NCBI GenBank assembly: GCA_021613535.1
Contig: CP075492.1
Span: forward strand, 620,001 to 684,000
Reading direction: 5' to 3'
Source: Adineta vaga
Taxonomy: Eukaryota; Animalia; Rotifera
DNA: 64,000 nucleotides
Shown here piece by piece: positions 37,178 through 51,878 of this stretch. A model generated the notes under the pieces. It was not told where the DNA came from. It was given only the letters and a program-made list of their open reading frames with translations, and made no database searches. Position 1 is the stretch's first letter. Each line of letters starts with the position of its first letter. Made by a program: the position numbers and the translations under genes.

Positions 37178-37931
37178 ACTTATTAATGCGTATCTGTGGA
37201 TACATTCTAATCAAAGTTGTCAAGGATTTCTTTCGTGGACAGATCCTATGGATTAATAGTTAGAATTATTTATTATATTTATCTTAAACTCACCCACACC
37301 CCCCAGTTGAATTATCTTTTCAGTACTTTTTTTATAAATTAGTAAAAAAAGTGCAAATACATCAATGCAATTGACGTCAATAGAATTCAATATTTCCAAT
37401 ACAAGACATGTCTCTATATGAAAAAAATTTTCTATTTATTATTTAAACATTTCAATGCCACGCATTTTCTTCGTTTGCACTCATCTTTTTTTCGGATAAT
37501 TATAGAAAGAACTACTTATTTCATACGATTTCAGGTTAATTAATTCAATAGATCTTTATAATTTTATTCCAGATACAAAATACAAATCGTTGTATATAAT
37601 AATTGAAAAGTAGGTATTGATAAATATCTTCTTTTAAACATCGCCTACGTTGAAAAGAAAAGATTTGTTTGTTTCCGATTATGTGTTTACTCATATATTT
37701 TAAGTTAAGAAAAAAAATTCTGAACAAAGTCAGGAACAGTACTTGTTTTCAAAAATGGACAAGTTACCGAAAGAGAGATCGGCGTAGGCAAGAAAAAAGT
37801 ATATATACAACACTAGTTATTCATACTTCCGTTGCAGTTGTTTTTCTCGCTCTTTTTCAAGTGAAATCAATTATTCTATTTTGATATAATTATCATTATT
37901 ATTGAGCAAATCAAAGTTATATTCATTCTTA

Positions 37932-40900
37932 ATGTTATCTATTGTTATTTTAAAACTTTGGGTCATTGGGCAAATATGGGGTATGTAATTGATTTATTGC
38001 AAAAGATTTTATTAAGATCTTTTTAAACAATATTTTATATATTTCTTTAGCGCTCTCATTGAATCGACCGAAGTTTCATCCTAATGCAGTATGGAACCCA
38101 TCTGCAATGACTTTTGCAAACATTAGTACTGTTGGTACAAATCCATACGATATTTTCATCAATACAAACAATACGATTTATGTTGCTAACCGAGCAGATA
38201 GTCGCGTTGTTATCTGGACTGAAGGAAATGCATTACCGACAAGAAATATCTCGAATAATCTGTCTAATCCATATAGCCTTTTTGTTACAACGGAAGATGA
38301 AATTTATGTGGATAGTGACAGTCTGACGGGTCGTATTGATAAATGGACATTGAATGCAACAAATGGCATTCCCATCCTCTACACATGTTCAAAATGTTCG
38401 GATATTTTTGTTGATGACAACGATAATCTTTATTGTTCAATGAACAATCAACATCAAGTTGTTCAGAAGTCACTCAATACTGTTTCCAATGCATTTACAA
38501 TTATAGCTGGTACAGGTTCTCTTGGATCCACTTCTGATATGTTGAATTCTCCTTGCGGAATATTTGTCAATTCTGACTTCGATCTCTATGTAGTAGATCA
38601 AAACAATCATCGAATTCAGCTCTTTCCATCTGGACAATCAAATGCCATTACAGTTGCAGGAAACACCTCGATAAATATCACAATAACATTGAATGGTCCA
38701 ACTGGAGTAGTCTTAGACGCCAATAGTTATTTGTTTATTGTGGATTCTGGTAATCATCGTATTGTTGGATCAGGACCGAACGGATTTCGATGTATAGTTG
38801 GATGTATTGGTTCAAATGGTTCAGCATCTAATCAGTTATGCTACCCACAAACACTTAGTTTTGATAGTTATGGAAATATATATATTGTCGACAGAGGAAA
38901 TCACCGAATTCAAAAGTTTATTTCATTAAATAATAACCAAAGTAAGTACTTCAAAATCGAATTATAAATTATATTTTTCAACTTAGATATCATAATTTAA
39001 TTGAATTGAAAATTAGTCTGTGGCTTTTTACACTTTTAGATCATCTTTCTCTCCCCTAGAAAACGTTTCATTTTTCCCACACGTTTTTAATGAATTTAAA
39101 CGGAAAAAATAGAGTATTATCGAATTCATACAAGATAATCAGTGGCTCATTCATTTAAATACATTCTTTCGATTTCAGATCCATCATATAATCAACCCAA
39201 ATTTTGTGCAAATGCATCATGGGATCCTAATGCAATTACTTTTGCGGACAATAGTACAGTTGGAACAAATCCTTATGGTATGTTTATCTCAACTAATAAT
39301 ACTATCTATGTTCCTGATCGGACAAATAATCAAATTCAGATATGGTTTAATGGCAGTGCTAATCCAACAAGAACACTTTCTGGTGGTTTATACAGTCCAT
39401 ATTCTATTTTTGTCACTATAAACGGTGACATTTTTGTTGATAATGGAAAGATAAATGATCGAGTAGACAAATGGTCAGCAACAAGAAATGTTAGTGTTCC
39501 TGTTATGTATGTTAATGGAAGATGTACTGACTTATTTGTTGATATTACTAATACTCTGTACTGTTCGATGAATAGTTATCATTATGTTGTTAAAATATGG
39601 TTAAATGATAGTTCTAATACAACAACGGTTGTTGCTGGTACCGGTACTAGTGATAACACATCGAACAGTCTCAACGGTCCGTTCGGAATCTTCATCAATA
39701 CTGACCTTAGTCTCTACGTAGCAGATAGATACAATCATCGAATTCAGCTCTTTCAATTAGGACAATCGAATGGTATTACCGTGGCCGGACATGCCTCAGC
39801 AAACATCACAATTACACTCTTACAACCCACTGGTGTTGTTTTGGATGCTGATAATTATCTTTTTATTGTGGATACTGGTAATCATCGTATTATTGGATCA
39901 GGACCATATGGTTTTCGATGTATCGTTGGATGCACTGGATCATCTGGTTCAGCATCTGATCAATTATCCACCCCGACCACTCTTAGTTTTGATAGTTATG
40001 GAAATATGTATGTTACCGACTGGGGGAATAGTCGAATTCAAAAATTTACTTTATCAGTGAACGTATGTGGTAAGTAAATTTTCGGAAAGTGATAAATATT
40101 AACTGGAGTGACCAGTAAATCTTGATGATATGAGAGAGGTTTGTATTAAGTTATGCTCAACAAAATCTTACAGGTTAGAGTAGAGTAGGAAGAGGGTAAG
40201 ACAAGACATCTCGGCTGTTTTCAATAATAGTTTTGTATATTATTATTTAAAATTAAGAAATGATCACTAAACATCGTGAAAAATTTTCCATCGTCATTGC
40301 TCTAAGCTTCAGAAACTTGTGACTAATTTTCAGTACAAGATACAAAACTAGGATGACGGTACAGAGATAGCTGAATGATGTAGTGGAGGGCATGATAAAG
40401 TCTTTCTCTGTACAGCTATGTTGCATACTGCGTCTCAATTCTTCTTATTGATTCTAGATACAACGATGACATCAACAATCAGTCTTGGTAAGAGGTTATT
40501 CTGTAAACCATTTCATTTATTAGAAGGGTTGGATTAGAAAAGCGATCATTATTGTTTTTTTTTTCAATAACAATTTTGTTCTTTCACTGATAAAAACTTA
40601 ATCAAGTGCTAAAGAAAAACATAATTCTGTTTATACTTATGATTTATTGCGTAAAATGACTTATATTTTAGTAAACACAGTATCAAGTATAATTCGATCA
40701 ACTATCAAAACCACAACTACTACTCAACTAAATACAACTACAATTTATTCATCACAGACAGGTAAAATCTCGATCTTGAATTATGCATCATAAACTGTTT
40801 TCAGTGATTTGTGATCTCACTGTAATTTTTTGTATTTATAGCTATTTCATATAATCGACCGAAATTAAATCCATATGCAACGTGGAATCCAAATGCCATT

Positions 40901-43900
40901 ACTTTTGCAAACAGTGTCACAATTGGAACAAATCCTTATGGTATATTTATCTCAACTAATAATACTATCTATGTTTCTGATCGGACAAATAATCAAATCC
41001 AGATATGGTCAAATGGCAGTGCTAATCCAACAAGAACACTTTCTGGTGATTTAAACAACCCATGTTCTATTTTCGGCACCATGAACGGTGACATTTTTGT
41101 TGATAATGGACTGGTAAATGGTCGAGTAGACAAATGGTCAGCGACAGGAAATGTTAGTGTTCCTGTTATGTATGTTAATACAGCTTGCATTGGGTTGTTT
41201 GTTGATCTGAAGAATAATCTTTACTGTTCACTATTTAATCGATACAAAGTTGTTGCAAAATCATTGGATAGTAATTCGAATACAACAACAGTTATCGCTG
41301 GTACGGGATGTAGAGGCAATACATTAAATATGCTAGATGGACCTTGGGGAATCTTTGTCGATACCAACTTCGGTTTATATGTAGCAGATCTATACAATCA
41401 TCGTATTCAATTCTTTTCATCAAGAGAACTTAATGCCATTACAGTAGTTGGAAGTACATCCTCAAATATCACGATTACACTCTTTCTACCCACTGATGTT
41501 GTTTTGGATGCTGATAACTATCTCTTCATTGTTGATTATGGCAATCATCGTATTGTTGGATCAGGACCATATGGTTTTCGATGTATAGTTGGATGTATTG
41601 GTTCAAATGGTTCAGCATCTAATCAGTTGCGGCACCCACAAACACTTAGTTTTGATAGTTATGGAAATATATATGTCGCGGATTATGATAACAATCGAAT
41701 TCAAAAATTTATTTTATTAAATAATAATCATGGTAAATATTTAGTCGTGTTTCAATTGATCTAATACTAACATTAAATTAGATAGTTTTATGTTCTATAG
41801 TTTCTTTATTAATCAAGAGAATTGCTCTATCCGAAATTATTCTTTCTATTTTAGCTCCATCATACAATCAACCCAAATTTTGTGCAAATGCATCATGGGA
41901 TCCTAATGCAATTACTTTTGCGGACAATAGTACAGTTGGAACAAATCCTTATGGTATGTTTATCTCAACTAATAATACTATCTATGTTCCTGATCGGACA
42001 AATAATCAAATTCAGATATGGTTTAATGGCAGCGCTAATCCAACAAGAACACTTTCTGGTGGTTTATACAGTCCATATTCTATTTTTGTCACTATAAACG
42101 GTGACATTTTTGTGGATAATGGAAAGATAAATGATCGAGTAGACAAATGGTCAGCAACAAGAAATGTTAGTGTTCCTGTTATGTATGTTAATGGAAGATG
42201 TACTGACTTATTTGTTGATATTACTAATACTCTGTACTGTTCGATGAATAGTTATCATTATGTTGTTAAAATATGGTTAAATGATAGTTCTAATACAACA
42301 ACGGTTGTTGCTGGTACCGGTACTAGTGATAACACATCGAACAGTCTCAACGGTCCGTTCGGAATCTTCATCAATACTGACCTTAGTCTCTACGTAGCAG
42401 ATAGATACAATCATCGAATTCAGCTCTTTCAATTAGGACAATCGAATGGTATTACCGTGGCCGGACATGCTTCAGCAAACATCACAATTACACTCTTACA
42501 ACCCACTGGTGTTGTTTTGGATGCTGATAATTATCTTTTTATTGTGGATACTGGTAATCATCGTATTATTGGATCAGGACCATATGGTTTTCGATGTATC
42601 GTTGGATGCACTGGATCATCTGGTTCAGCATCTGATCAGTTGTGGTATCCACATGTACTTAGTTTTGATAGTTATGGAAATATCTATATTACTGATTGGC
42701 ATAATAATCGAATACAGAAGTTTATTTTATCAACAAATTCTTGTGGTAAGTAAACATCTCAAGATGTGATATCTATCAAAAAAACCTTTTCTCTCACTAC
42801 CCAGACGACTGCAACTTCAAAATGTCGAACGTACTTCGACAAATGAAATTTATCTAAGATTGAATTAGATTTCTATTCGAAATTATGTTAATAGAAACTA
42901 TTATTCACTTTAGATCAAACAATATCAACAACAGAACAAATTTCAACAGGTTTGTCTAATATGAAAATGACTGTATCAACTGTAAAGAATGAATATTTCT
43001 AGAGCAAATCACCACAATAACGACATTATCAACTAATCACTGTAAGAATTGTCTATTTAATCTAACTATATCATATTTAAATATGACTTATTTTAGCTTG
43101 TTCTGCACCAATAATAACATTGATACCAGGTGCACCTGCACAATTATCACCAATTCAATTTCGTAGAAGTCAAGATTTTACAATAGTTTCATTGATCGAA
43201 TTAAATTGTAATATTTCATTATCCATGATTACTCAATGGACAATCAAAAATTGTAGTACAACTTGTTCAAATCAAATCCAATCAAATACACTTATAAAAA
43301 CAACATTTAGTGAATTATATATTCCCGGACGAAGTTTACCTTATGGTTTATATGAAATGAAATCAACAGTAACAATGACTCAAATACCAAGTTTATTTTC
43401 CACAGCAGTTGTTTATGTGAAAATTACTTCATCAGGTATAACAGCAAATTTAATTCAATATGGAACATCGATGATCACACGTGGTAATCAACAAGATCTG
43501 CAACTAAATCCCGGAAGTTATTCTGTTAATCCTGATGAAGATACTTTCAATGCTAGTGTAAGTTTTATTTATAAAATGAAATTTGATTAATTATTATTTT
43601 CAATAAAATAAATAGATATGGAAATATAAATATTATTGTCGAATCTATGGTTCATCAATGTTTCCTAATTTATATGGTTCATTATTGACAATTGATGATA
43701 TGAGAAATGATTCATTAAATCCATCATGTTTATCGAATAGAACAGGATGGAAATTTGATAATTCTTTCAATTCATCAATGACGATTCTTTCTAATTCACT
43801 TCAATCAAATCGAATATATCAATTTATGGTACAAATGGAAAATCTTCGAAATTCTTCACTTCAAGCAACTGGTTATGTTCTTGTTAAAGTTGAAGATACT

Positions 43901-46900
43901 CGTCCAAATATGATTTTGATAGGGTATAGATTATCTTCTGTATTTTCTTCTAAAACACGTCGTGTTATTTTTAGTTGTGTAATATGGACAATGTGTCGAC
44001 CAAATCTCGAATTTCAACTCGTTAATCCAACAACACAAGTAGCTCTGTTTTCCATTTGTACTGGAAATTGTTCAACAATTTATAATATTACATGGAATGT
44101 TTACTTTAGTCTAAAAAATTCATCGTCAAATTTCACCCAATGGAATTTATTCAATCAAATGATTACATATCAAAATATATGGTTTTTTGGTAAATCATTG
44201 ATGAATTTCTTGAAAAGATTATATTTAATCGGTCGTTATAGGTACAAATACAACTAATTTCACAGCATTAAATCAATTATTTTTATCGAATCCTCAAATT
44301 CAATTCTGGCGATTTGAAGTTGTTTATACATTTCTAAATGAAACAAGTTCAAGTTCTTTAAATTTCATCATCAATCAACCACCATCGAATGGAACATGTG
44401 TAATCAATCCTCTCAATGGTACAACAACAAATCTCTTCACTATTTCTTGTTCTGATTGGTTTGATGAGGATGAAATCAAAGATTATACTCTCTATGGTAT
44501 GTTCAAATGCTTTTTTTTAATTTCAAAACACTCTGTTCTTTTTCTTAATTAGCTTGGATAAACAATCCAATAGAAAAAATGATTGTTGCTTATTCAGCAA
44601 TATCAATATTTCAACTTTATTTACCAATTGGAAATAATCAAACATTAACACTTCATTTAATTCTTCATGTTCGAGATCAACTTGATTGTATTACTGAATT
44701 GAATCTTTCATCAGTTACGGTATATCCTGATACAATAGCAGTGGCTAATCTAATCAATGATATTCAAAATTCATCCAAAAGAAGTAATGGAAATTCAATT
44801 ATTCAATTACTTGCAAGTGGTAATCAAAATCTACTTGGACAACTATTAACATCTGTTTCACAACAATTCAATCAAATGAATGAAGAAAATCTTAACGAAG
44901 CTGTTACAAGTAAATATGAATACTGAAGACTTCTTATGCATTGATATCATTTCACTTTTAGATGGTATTCCATCTGCAATGATTGCTGTTTCACCATTAG
45001 ATGCACAAAGTTACCAACAGAGAACACCAATTCTGATAAATCAATCAGCACTAGATGAATACAACAAAGAATTAAACTCTCGTGCAACTGTTCGAGATTA
45101 TCTCATTCAATTTATCACATATCTTCCAATAACAACATCGAATAGTATTAAATTACAAGCATCGTCATTAGCTCAACTAACAAAAGCAACAAATGAATTG
45201 ACACGAACAACTTTAGTATAATTCCATTCATTCCAATTCTTTTGTTCAAAAGAATTTCTGTTTAGAGTATAGCATCAGATCGATGTTATCAATTGGCTCT
45301 AACTTTAGCTTCAATAAGAACTAGAACTGCATATGAAGATATTCAATTTGCATCAGATAATCTTCTTCAATGTGCTACTAATCTATTGATTGTAAGTAAT
45401 TTCTATAATAGACGTAGGCGTAGAAATAGTTTGTTGATATGTTTAGGCTGTGAATGGACCATTACAACAACGAACAACTATTTTGGATTTAGATTCATCA
45501 CGAGCTACAGTATTTCCTAACGATTATGATACTGATCTAGAATCAGCATGGTCTAATCTTAGTAAGAATTCATTGTTTAAATCGATATTGTTATACTGTG
45601 GAATGTTTAGATTTATTCGCTGATGGTGATGATTTTTCATGGACAACAATACAAAAAAATCGAAATATCTACGATCAAAAGCAATTAGCGAATCAAATCA
45701 ACACACAAATGAATAAAATAATTTCATTATTAACTTCAACATTAAATCTTCATTTGAATATTGGACAAAATTACACTATTGCAACATCACAAGTTTGGAT
45801 GACATTAGAAACAAGATCTAGTCAATCGCTCTCGAACTCATTTATAAAACAGATTGGAAATGGTCAAGTTCAACTTCCTTCTAACTTCCAGATGTATCTG
45901 AATAATAATGAGAAAATATCTATTCGTGTAAGTGTATTATTATATTGCGTTCAATGAATGATTGTTTGTTTTAGTCGATGATGGAACCGTTAGCATCATT
46001 TGGGAATGCAACATTATCATCAAATACAAATCTGTCAAGATCTATATCATTTTCTATCCTCGATCATAATCAAAATGAGATTTCTATTCAACCAGTAGGG
46101 AATAAATCTATTGAACTGATTATTCCTCGTGATCCTAATCTCATTATTCCATCAATGATCTTACAAAATGTAACATCGATGAATTTCAAACCTCATAATT
46201 TCATTTTTCATTATCATTATCTCAATTTAACAACATCACTTCCAATATCAGTTCATTGGGAAATTCAACCATTGAATACAACTGTTGCTTATTTATTTAT
46301 CTATCGATTTGATCAAATACCACATCTGAACAGTTCTATCAATCAAATCGATGGATGGACACTTCTTTGTCCTTCTGCATTAACCAATGAAAGTATTTAC
46401 ACATATTATATTGATAATCAACAAACAATAGGTCATCAAGCAGTCATATATGGTATAAGAGAACTCGATGTAACAGAAATTAATCAACGATGTTCAAATT
46501 TATCGATTAGTGATCCACCGATTATAAATGAACCGTATAATTTTACTTCGAACTATCAACTTAGAGTTTATACATCAGGATGTTATTATCTTAATGAGAA
46601 CAATCAATGGAAAGCAGATGGATTATTAGTTGGATCTTTAACTAATCACTATCAAACACAATGTTATTCTACTCATCTAACAACATTTGCTGGTGGTTTT
46701 ATTATTTTACCCTCACCAATTGATTGGAGTTATGTTTTTGCTAATGCTGATTTTATGAAGAATAAAACGATTTATTTAACAGTAATATGTGTCTGTGTGA
46801 TTTATGTCACTTTGATTGTTTATGCGCGGTTTTATGACAAGAAAGATCTGGAGAAATTAGGTGTCACCGTGTTACCTGATAATTACAAAGAGGATCAATA

Positions 46901-49900
46901 TTTCTATCAAATTATTGTATTTACTGGTCAAAGAAAGAATGCTGGAACAAAATCGAATGTACATTTTGTAATTCATGGTAATGATAATGATACACAGATT
47001 CGAACATTTGCTGATCCACATCGTCAAATACTTCAACGTGGTGGTATTGATGCATTTCTTGTAGGTGTTCGTAAACCATTGGGACTATTGAATTGTATTC
47101 GTATTTGGCATGATAATAGTGGTCAAGGTTCATCAGCATCATGGTTTTTGAAATATTTAATCGTTCGTGATCTTCGAACAATGGAAAAGTATCATTTTAT
47201 TTGTCAACGATGGTTTGCTGTTGAAAAAGATGATGGTAAAATTGAACGTATTTTACCTGTAGCTGGTGAATTAGAAAAACATCAATTCTCGTATGTTCTA
47301 ACCAAACGAACCTATCATAGTGTTTCCGATGGTCATCTGTGGTTTTCAATCTTTTCTCGTCCACCTTCAACTCAATTCACACGTGTTCAACGATGTACAT
47401 GTTGTTTTGTTCTTTTCTTTATTTCCATGTTTTTGAATATTATGTATTATGATTTATCAAATGAAGCAAAATCAACGAAATCAAATAGTCTATCATTTGG
47501 TTCTCTCTCTATCACTCCTCAACAAGTATGTTAAAGTTTCTTACTCATTTCTGTTTATTTATCTGTGTATTTAAGATAATCATTGGTGTGATCGTGGAAT
47601 TGTTTGCTTTGATTCCAAGTTTATTACTTGTTCAGTTGTTTCGACGTCTTCGTCCTCGTCAAAAACAAGAACCACCGATTCGACAAGCTTTGTATAAAGT
47701 CAAATCACTTCCTCAAGACAGTCTTGATAAGAAGAATGAGATGATAAAGTCATCATTCATGTTTCCATGGTGGTGTATTTTTATCGCTTATGGACTGTGT
47801 ATCATCTTTGTTGGTCTATCAATTCTATTTATTATCGCTCGTGGTATTGAATTTGGTGATGGAAAGAGTCAGCAATGGTTAGCATCGATTCTAAGTAGTT
47901 TCTTCTCTTCTGTTCTTCTCACTCAACCATTAAAAGTAATATTTCAATCTTTTCAAATGTCAATCAAATGCATTCTTTCTATTCTAGATTATTTCATTAG
48001 CGATTATCTTTGCGTGTTTCTGTCGACAATCCAATGATGATAAAGAAGCAAATGAATTATTAGATGATAATGCAATTAGTTTAGATGCGGATGAAGAATA
48101 TCTTCATATAACTAAGGTTTGTTAGTGAAATATTTTTAAATTTCTAAATTAAAAATATCTATATAGAAACAATCGTTATTCACCTATCGATCTCCCATTC
48201 GTGCCAATCGTCTAAATGAGACGCAAGTCACCCATCTCCGTCATCAACGACTGAAAGAACTTCAAATGTGGTCAATTATACGAGAAATGTTGTTATATTT
48301 ATGTTTTCTCTCATTACTCTATGTGATCATCTATTCCAATCGTGATTCAAATGCATTTTTACAAGTCAATCATCTTCGCAAATATTTTCTCAATTTACGA
48401 CAAAACGATTTAGATTATACAAAAGTTTCAACAATTAATCAGTATTGGAATTGGTTAGAAGATAGTTTTGTTGATAATCTTCGTGCACAAAACTGGTATA
48501 ACGGTGAACCACCTCGTAATCTTAGTGGTTTTATTGATGACAAATCACATCGATTGATTGGATGGGCAACTATGAGACAGTTACGTGTAAAACCTAAAAC
48601 ATGTTCAACACGAAATCCAATCTCTTCGATATGTCAAGATGATTATAGTTGTCTCAATGAAGATAAATATTCTTATGCACCCGAATGGAAAAATGAAACA
48701 TCAAACATCTACAATTCATTTATTCGTCAAGCCTTTGTTTATCAATCTGCTGATATATTAGATACATATATGTATGTAGGAGATCATGGAAGTTATAGTG
48801 GTGGTGGTTATGTTTATGAGTTTCGTGGTCGTTTATCTGATCTTCGAAGTAATCTTTCTCAACTTCATCAACTTAGTTGGATTGATAATCAAACACGAGC
48901 TGTAATTATTCAATTAACATTATATAATCCAAATGTTCAATTATTTACTGCTGTTACGTTTCTAGCTGAATTCTTATCATCAAGTGGACTATTTACTTCT
49001 GCTCGGTTTGAACCGATTAGTTTTTCTGGTAATTTCTTTTTCTTTTTTAATACATAGGATAAGTTTGTTTTCTTTTCTCTAGTCTTTACATCAATCTATC
49101 AAGTGACTTGTACAATTATTTATATGATATTGATCATGTATTTTATGTGGATAGAAATTCGATTATTATATGAATTAAAATGGAAATATTTTCAACGATT
49201 TTGGTCTTATATTGAAGTTGGAATTATTGTTTGTTCATGGACAAGTGTTGGTATTTATATTTGGCGTTATAAAGAATGTCAACGAATTTTAAAATTATTT
49301 AAAGAAACAAATGGATTTGTTTATATAAATTTACAATTAGCATCCTATGTCAATGATATTTTAACATATTTATTAAGTTTTTCTTGTTTTTTTGGAACAA
49401 TTCAATTAATCAAATTATGTCGCTTTAATCAACGTCTTTATTTATTTATTCACACTCTTCAATATTCTGCAAAAGAATTAGTATCGTTTTCAGTGATGTT
49501 TGCTTTCGTATTTATATCATTTGTTTGTCTATTTCATTTATTATTTATTTCTGAATTACCAGAATGTTCAAGTTTGTTACGTACAGCACAGATGTTATTT
49601 GAAATGACATTGATGAAGTTTGATGCATATCAATTGAGTGATGCTGCTGCATTCTTGGGACCATTCTGTTTTAGTTTATTTATTATCTTTGTGGTATTCA
49701 TTTGTATGAGTATGTTTTTATCCATTGTTGCTGACAATTTTCGTCGTGCGAGAGAAAATATGACTAATGAAAGATCGAGTATGCTTTCATTAATTTTCGA
49801 AACATTTCAACGATGGACAGGTAAACAACATATAGAATTGAATTCATTTAACAAAGAGAATAATTTAGGTTTGAAAAAAGTAACAGAAGAAGAAATTCAA

Positions 49901-50113
49901 GAAGAAAGAGATGCACGGTTACGTGAAGAGTATTATGATCCAATTCGACGATTTCCAGACAAGATCGATCAATTATTAGTTGCTTTGAATCAAGTATGTT
50001 GATATTCTCTAATGAAACTAAAGATATTTATTATTTTCAATCGATTATAGATCTACGAAAATCAAAAAAACAGAAAGACCAGTACTATAATACAGCAACA
50101 AAAGTCTAACTGA
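37932..50113 (+). CDS. Polycystin-1-like (REJ-GPS-PLAT-PKD channel) protein with four N-terminal NHL-repeat propellers
   Basis: Signal exon 37932-37980; NHL exons at about 38051-38941, 39179-40069, 40842-41732 and 41855-42745 joined by phase-1 introns; Thr-rich mini-exons; REJ region; GPS GCYY...W..DG...TQCYSTHLTTF (HLT at 46674-46682); PLAT YQIIVFTG..AGT.S.V; RPPSTQFTRVQRCTCC; polycystin/TRPP domains (GGGYV, WIDNQTRAV..LTLYNPN, MSMFLSIV); stop 50111-50113. Confidence 0.85.
39181..42638 (+). repeat. Near-identical duplicated NHL exon segments (39181-39962 and 41857-42638)
   Basis: About 780 bp with only four differences seen by eye, all synonymous. Confidence 0.9.
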
Positions 50114-51280
50114 TCTTTGACTCTTCTTATATTCATTGTAATAAAGTATACCAGAGTGATATTGATCGAATCGTATTTGTTAAGAGTGTAATCTTACTTG
50201 ATTTTTCGGTACTTTCTAAGGAATTATTCAGCCGCAACCACTTAGCGAAAATCGACATCTTAGGTAGAAGAGTTGCGCTTTGATACGGAAAAAACTTTAG
50301 TGGTTGAATAAAAGTAAACTGACACAGTCATTGTTTTCCGATTGTTTTGCCCGAAAAGAATAACTTATTAATGCAGTTGTATGTAAACTTTATAGTCGCT
50401 CCAAGTCTAACACTTCCGTGAGGGCATGGCAAATCTCAAATTGTAACCAGTTTTGAAAAAATTTCTGATAAGATTTCTGCTTTTTCATCAGAAATTTAGT
50501 CAAACACTCTAAAACACTAGAATGAAAACTGCAGGAAATCAGAAATCTGCTTTTCAACTTTGAAAGTTTTAAAATCTCTTGTATCATATTTAGAGATATT
50601 TGCTTTATCTATACTATATGATGTGCTAGATCAGATAGAAAAGAAGAAATCAGAAATCTACTTTTCAATTTTGAAAATTTCAAATTCCTCTTTTGTCACG
50701 AGGAATCTTATCATTCGTACAATGGTTTCAATGGACAGCAAAAATATATAAGCCAGAAAAGAGAAGGATTTGTTGGCGAAGAAAATGATGTTAACTGAAA
50801 AGATAATGTTAGAGTAATTCGGATATTACGTGATATTTTTATTATTCTTCATCGAATGATGTTTGATGAAGAATTGCTCAATTTTCGCCGTATTTTAAAG
50901 TATGATTAGTGAGTTGTTTTGCTTCTATCGCTTTTGATAGTTTACAGCGCTCGGAATGATTGACTGAACGGAGCATGAGTTTTTATCAAGGAAGATGTTA
51001 TTACTGTTCGGCAAGTTTCAAGGATATGGGGAGAGGATGTAACGTCAGTCGTTTAGGTAGTAACTAGAATTAGCATCTGAAGTATGTTAGATAGAAGCAT
51101 ATTTGGATCAAGCAATCGCGTGGTGGATGGTTATTCAAACCGTCTTGGTGGCCGTAAGAGATTGTAAGAAGATACCAATTTTAGACAGCATTCGCAATGA
51201 TAAGGACTTTCTGTTCCTGATTTGGATGTGAGTCTGTAGTCCTAGGGAAAGACAAGATGGTACTTTCAATGGATTGGAAC

Positions 51281-51490
51281 TAGACATGCACCAGTAGTCT
51301 GACTGGCGACCAGTGCAGCTGGATGACCAGACTGTTTGGGTATCCAATCCTACTGGGTTTCTAACAAAAAGTGTCAAATGATCTTCTAAGTGAGATTGAT
51401 CAATTTCACCAGGTCTCAGATCGACTGGATGCCTTTCAGTCCTAACTGGGTACCATTCACTCAGTCGGACTGGTACTCGGTGCACACCTA
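51281..51490. mobile_element. hAT-type MITE (210 bp) related to the element at 16966-17053
   Basis: Termini TAGACATGCACC / GGTGCACACCTA, internal CCAGT/ACTGG repeats, 8-bp flanks ATTGGAAC / CTTTGAAC (6/8). Confidence 0.6.
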
Positions 51491-51878
51491 CTTTGAACTC
51501 GTCCTCAATATAAAAGTTGCACATATAGTATCGAAACTATAGAAGCCATCAATAAAGAGTTTCAGCTTTTTACGATACATGAATCTAGTTATATTCATTG
51601 TTAAAAAGGAAGAACCGAAATATATTGCAGGTCTATTGTTTTGAAACATGAAATCTTCATGTTTCTCCTTATTTCTAGGAATCAGTCATAAGCGTTTTAC
51701 TCAACTATATTTTTCGAAAGTTTCGACGCTACACAAACATAATGAACAATGTATAGTAATCAAATACGGGTTATGAGCATCCTAGATATTCTCTGATCCT
51801 TTTCTGAAAGAAAATTCCGAATTACTTTTTACAGGAACATTTTACCTTCAATGATACTTTATTTTAAAATCTTCTTAA

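Noticed and set aside
51135-51524. 129-aa minus-strand ORF
   Set aside because: Spans a MITE, has no protein motif and is likely spurious.
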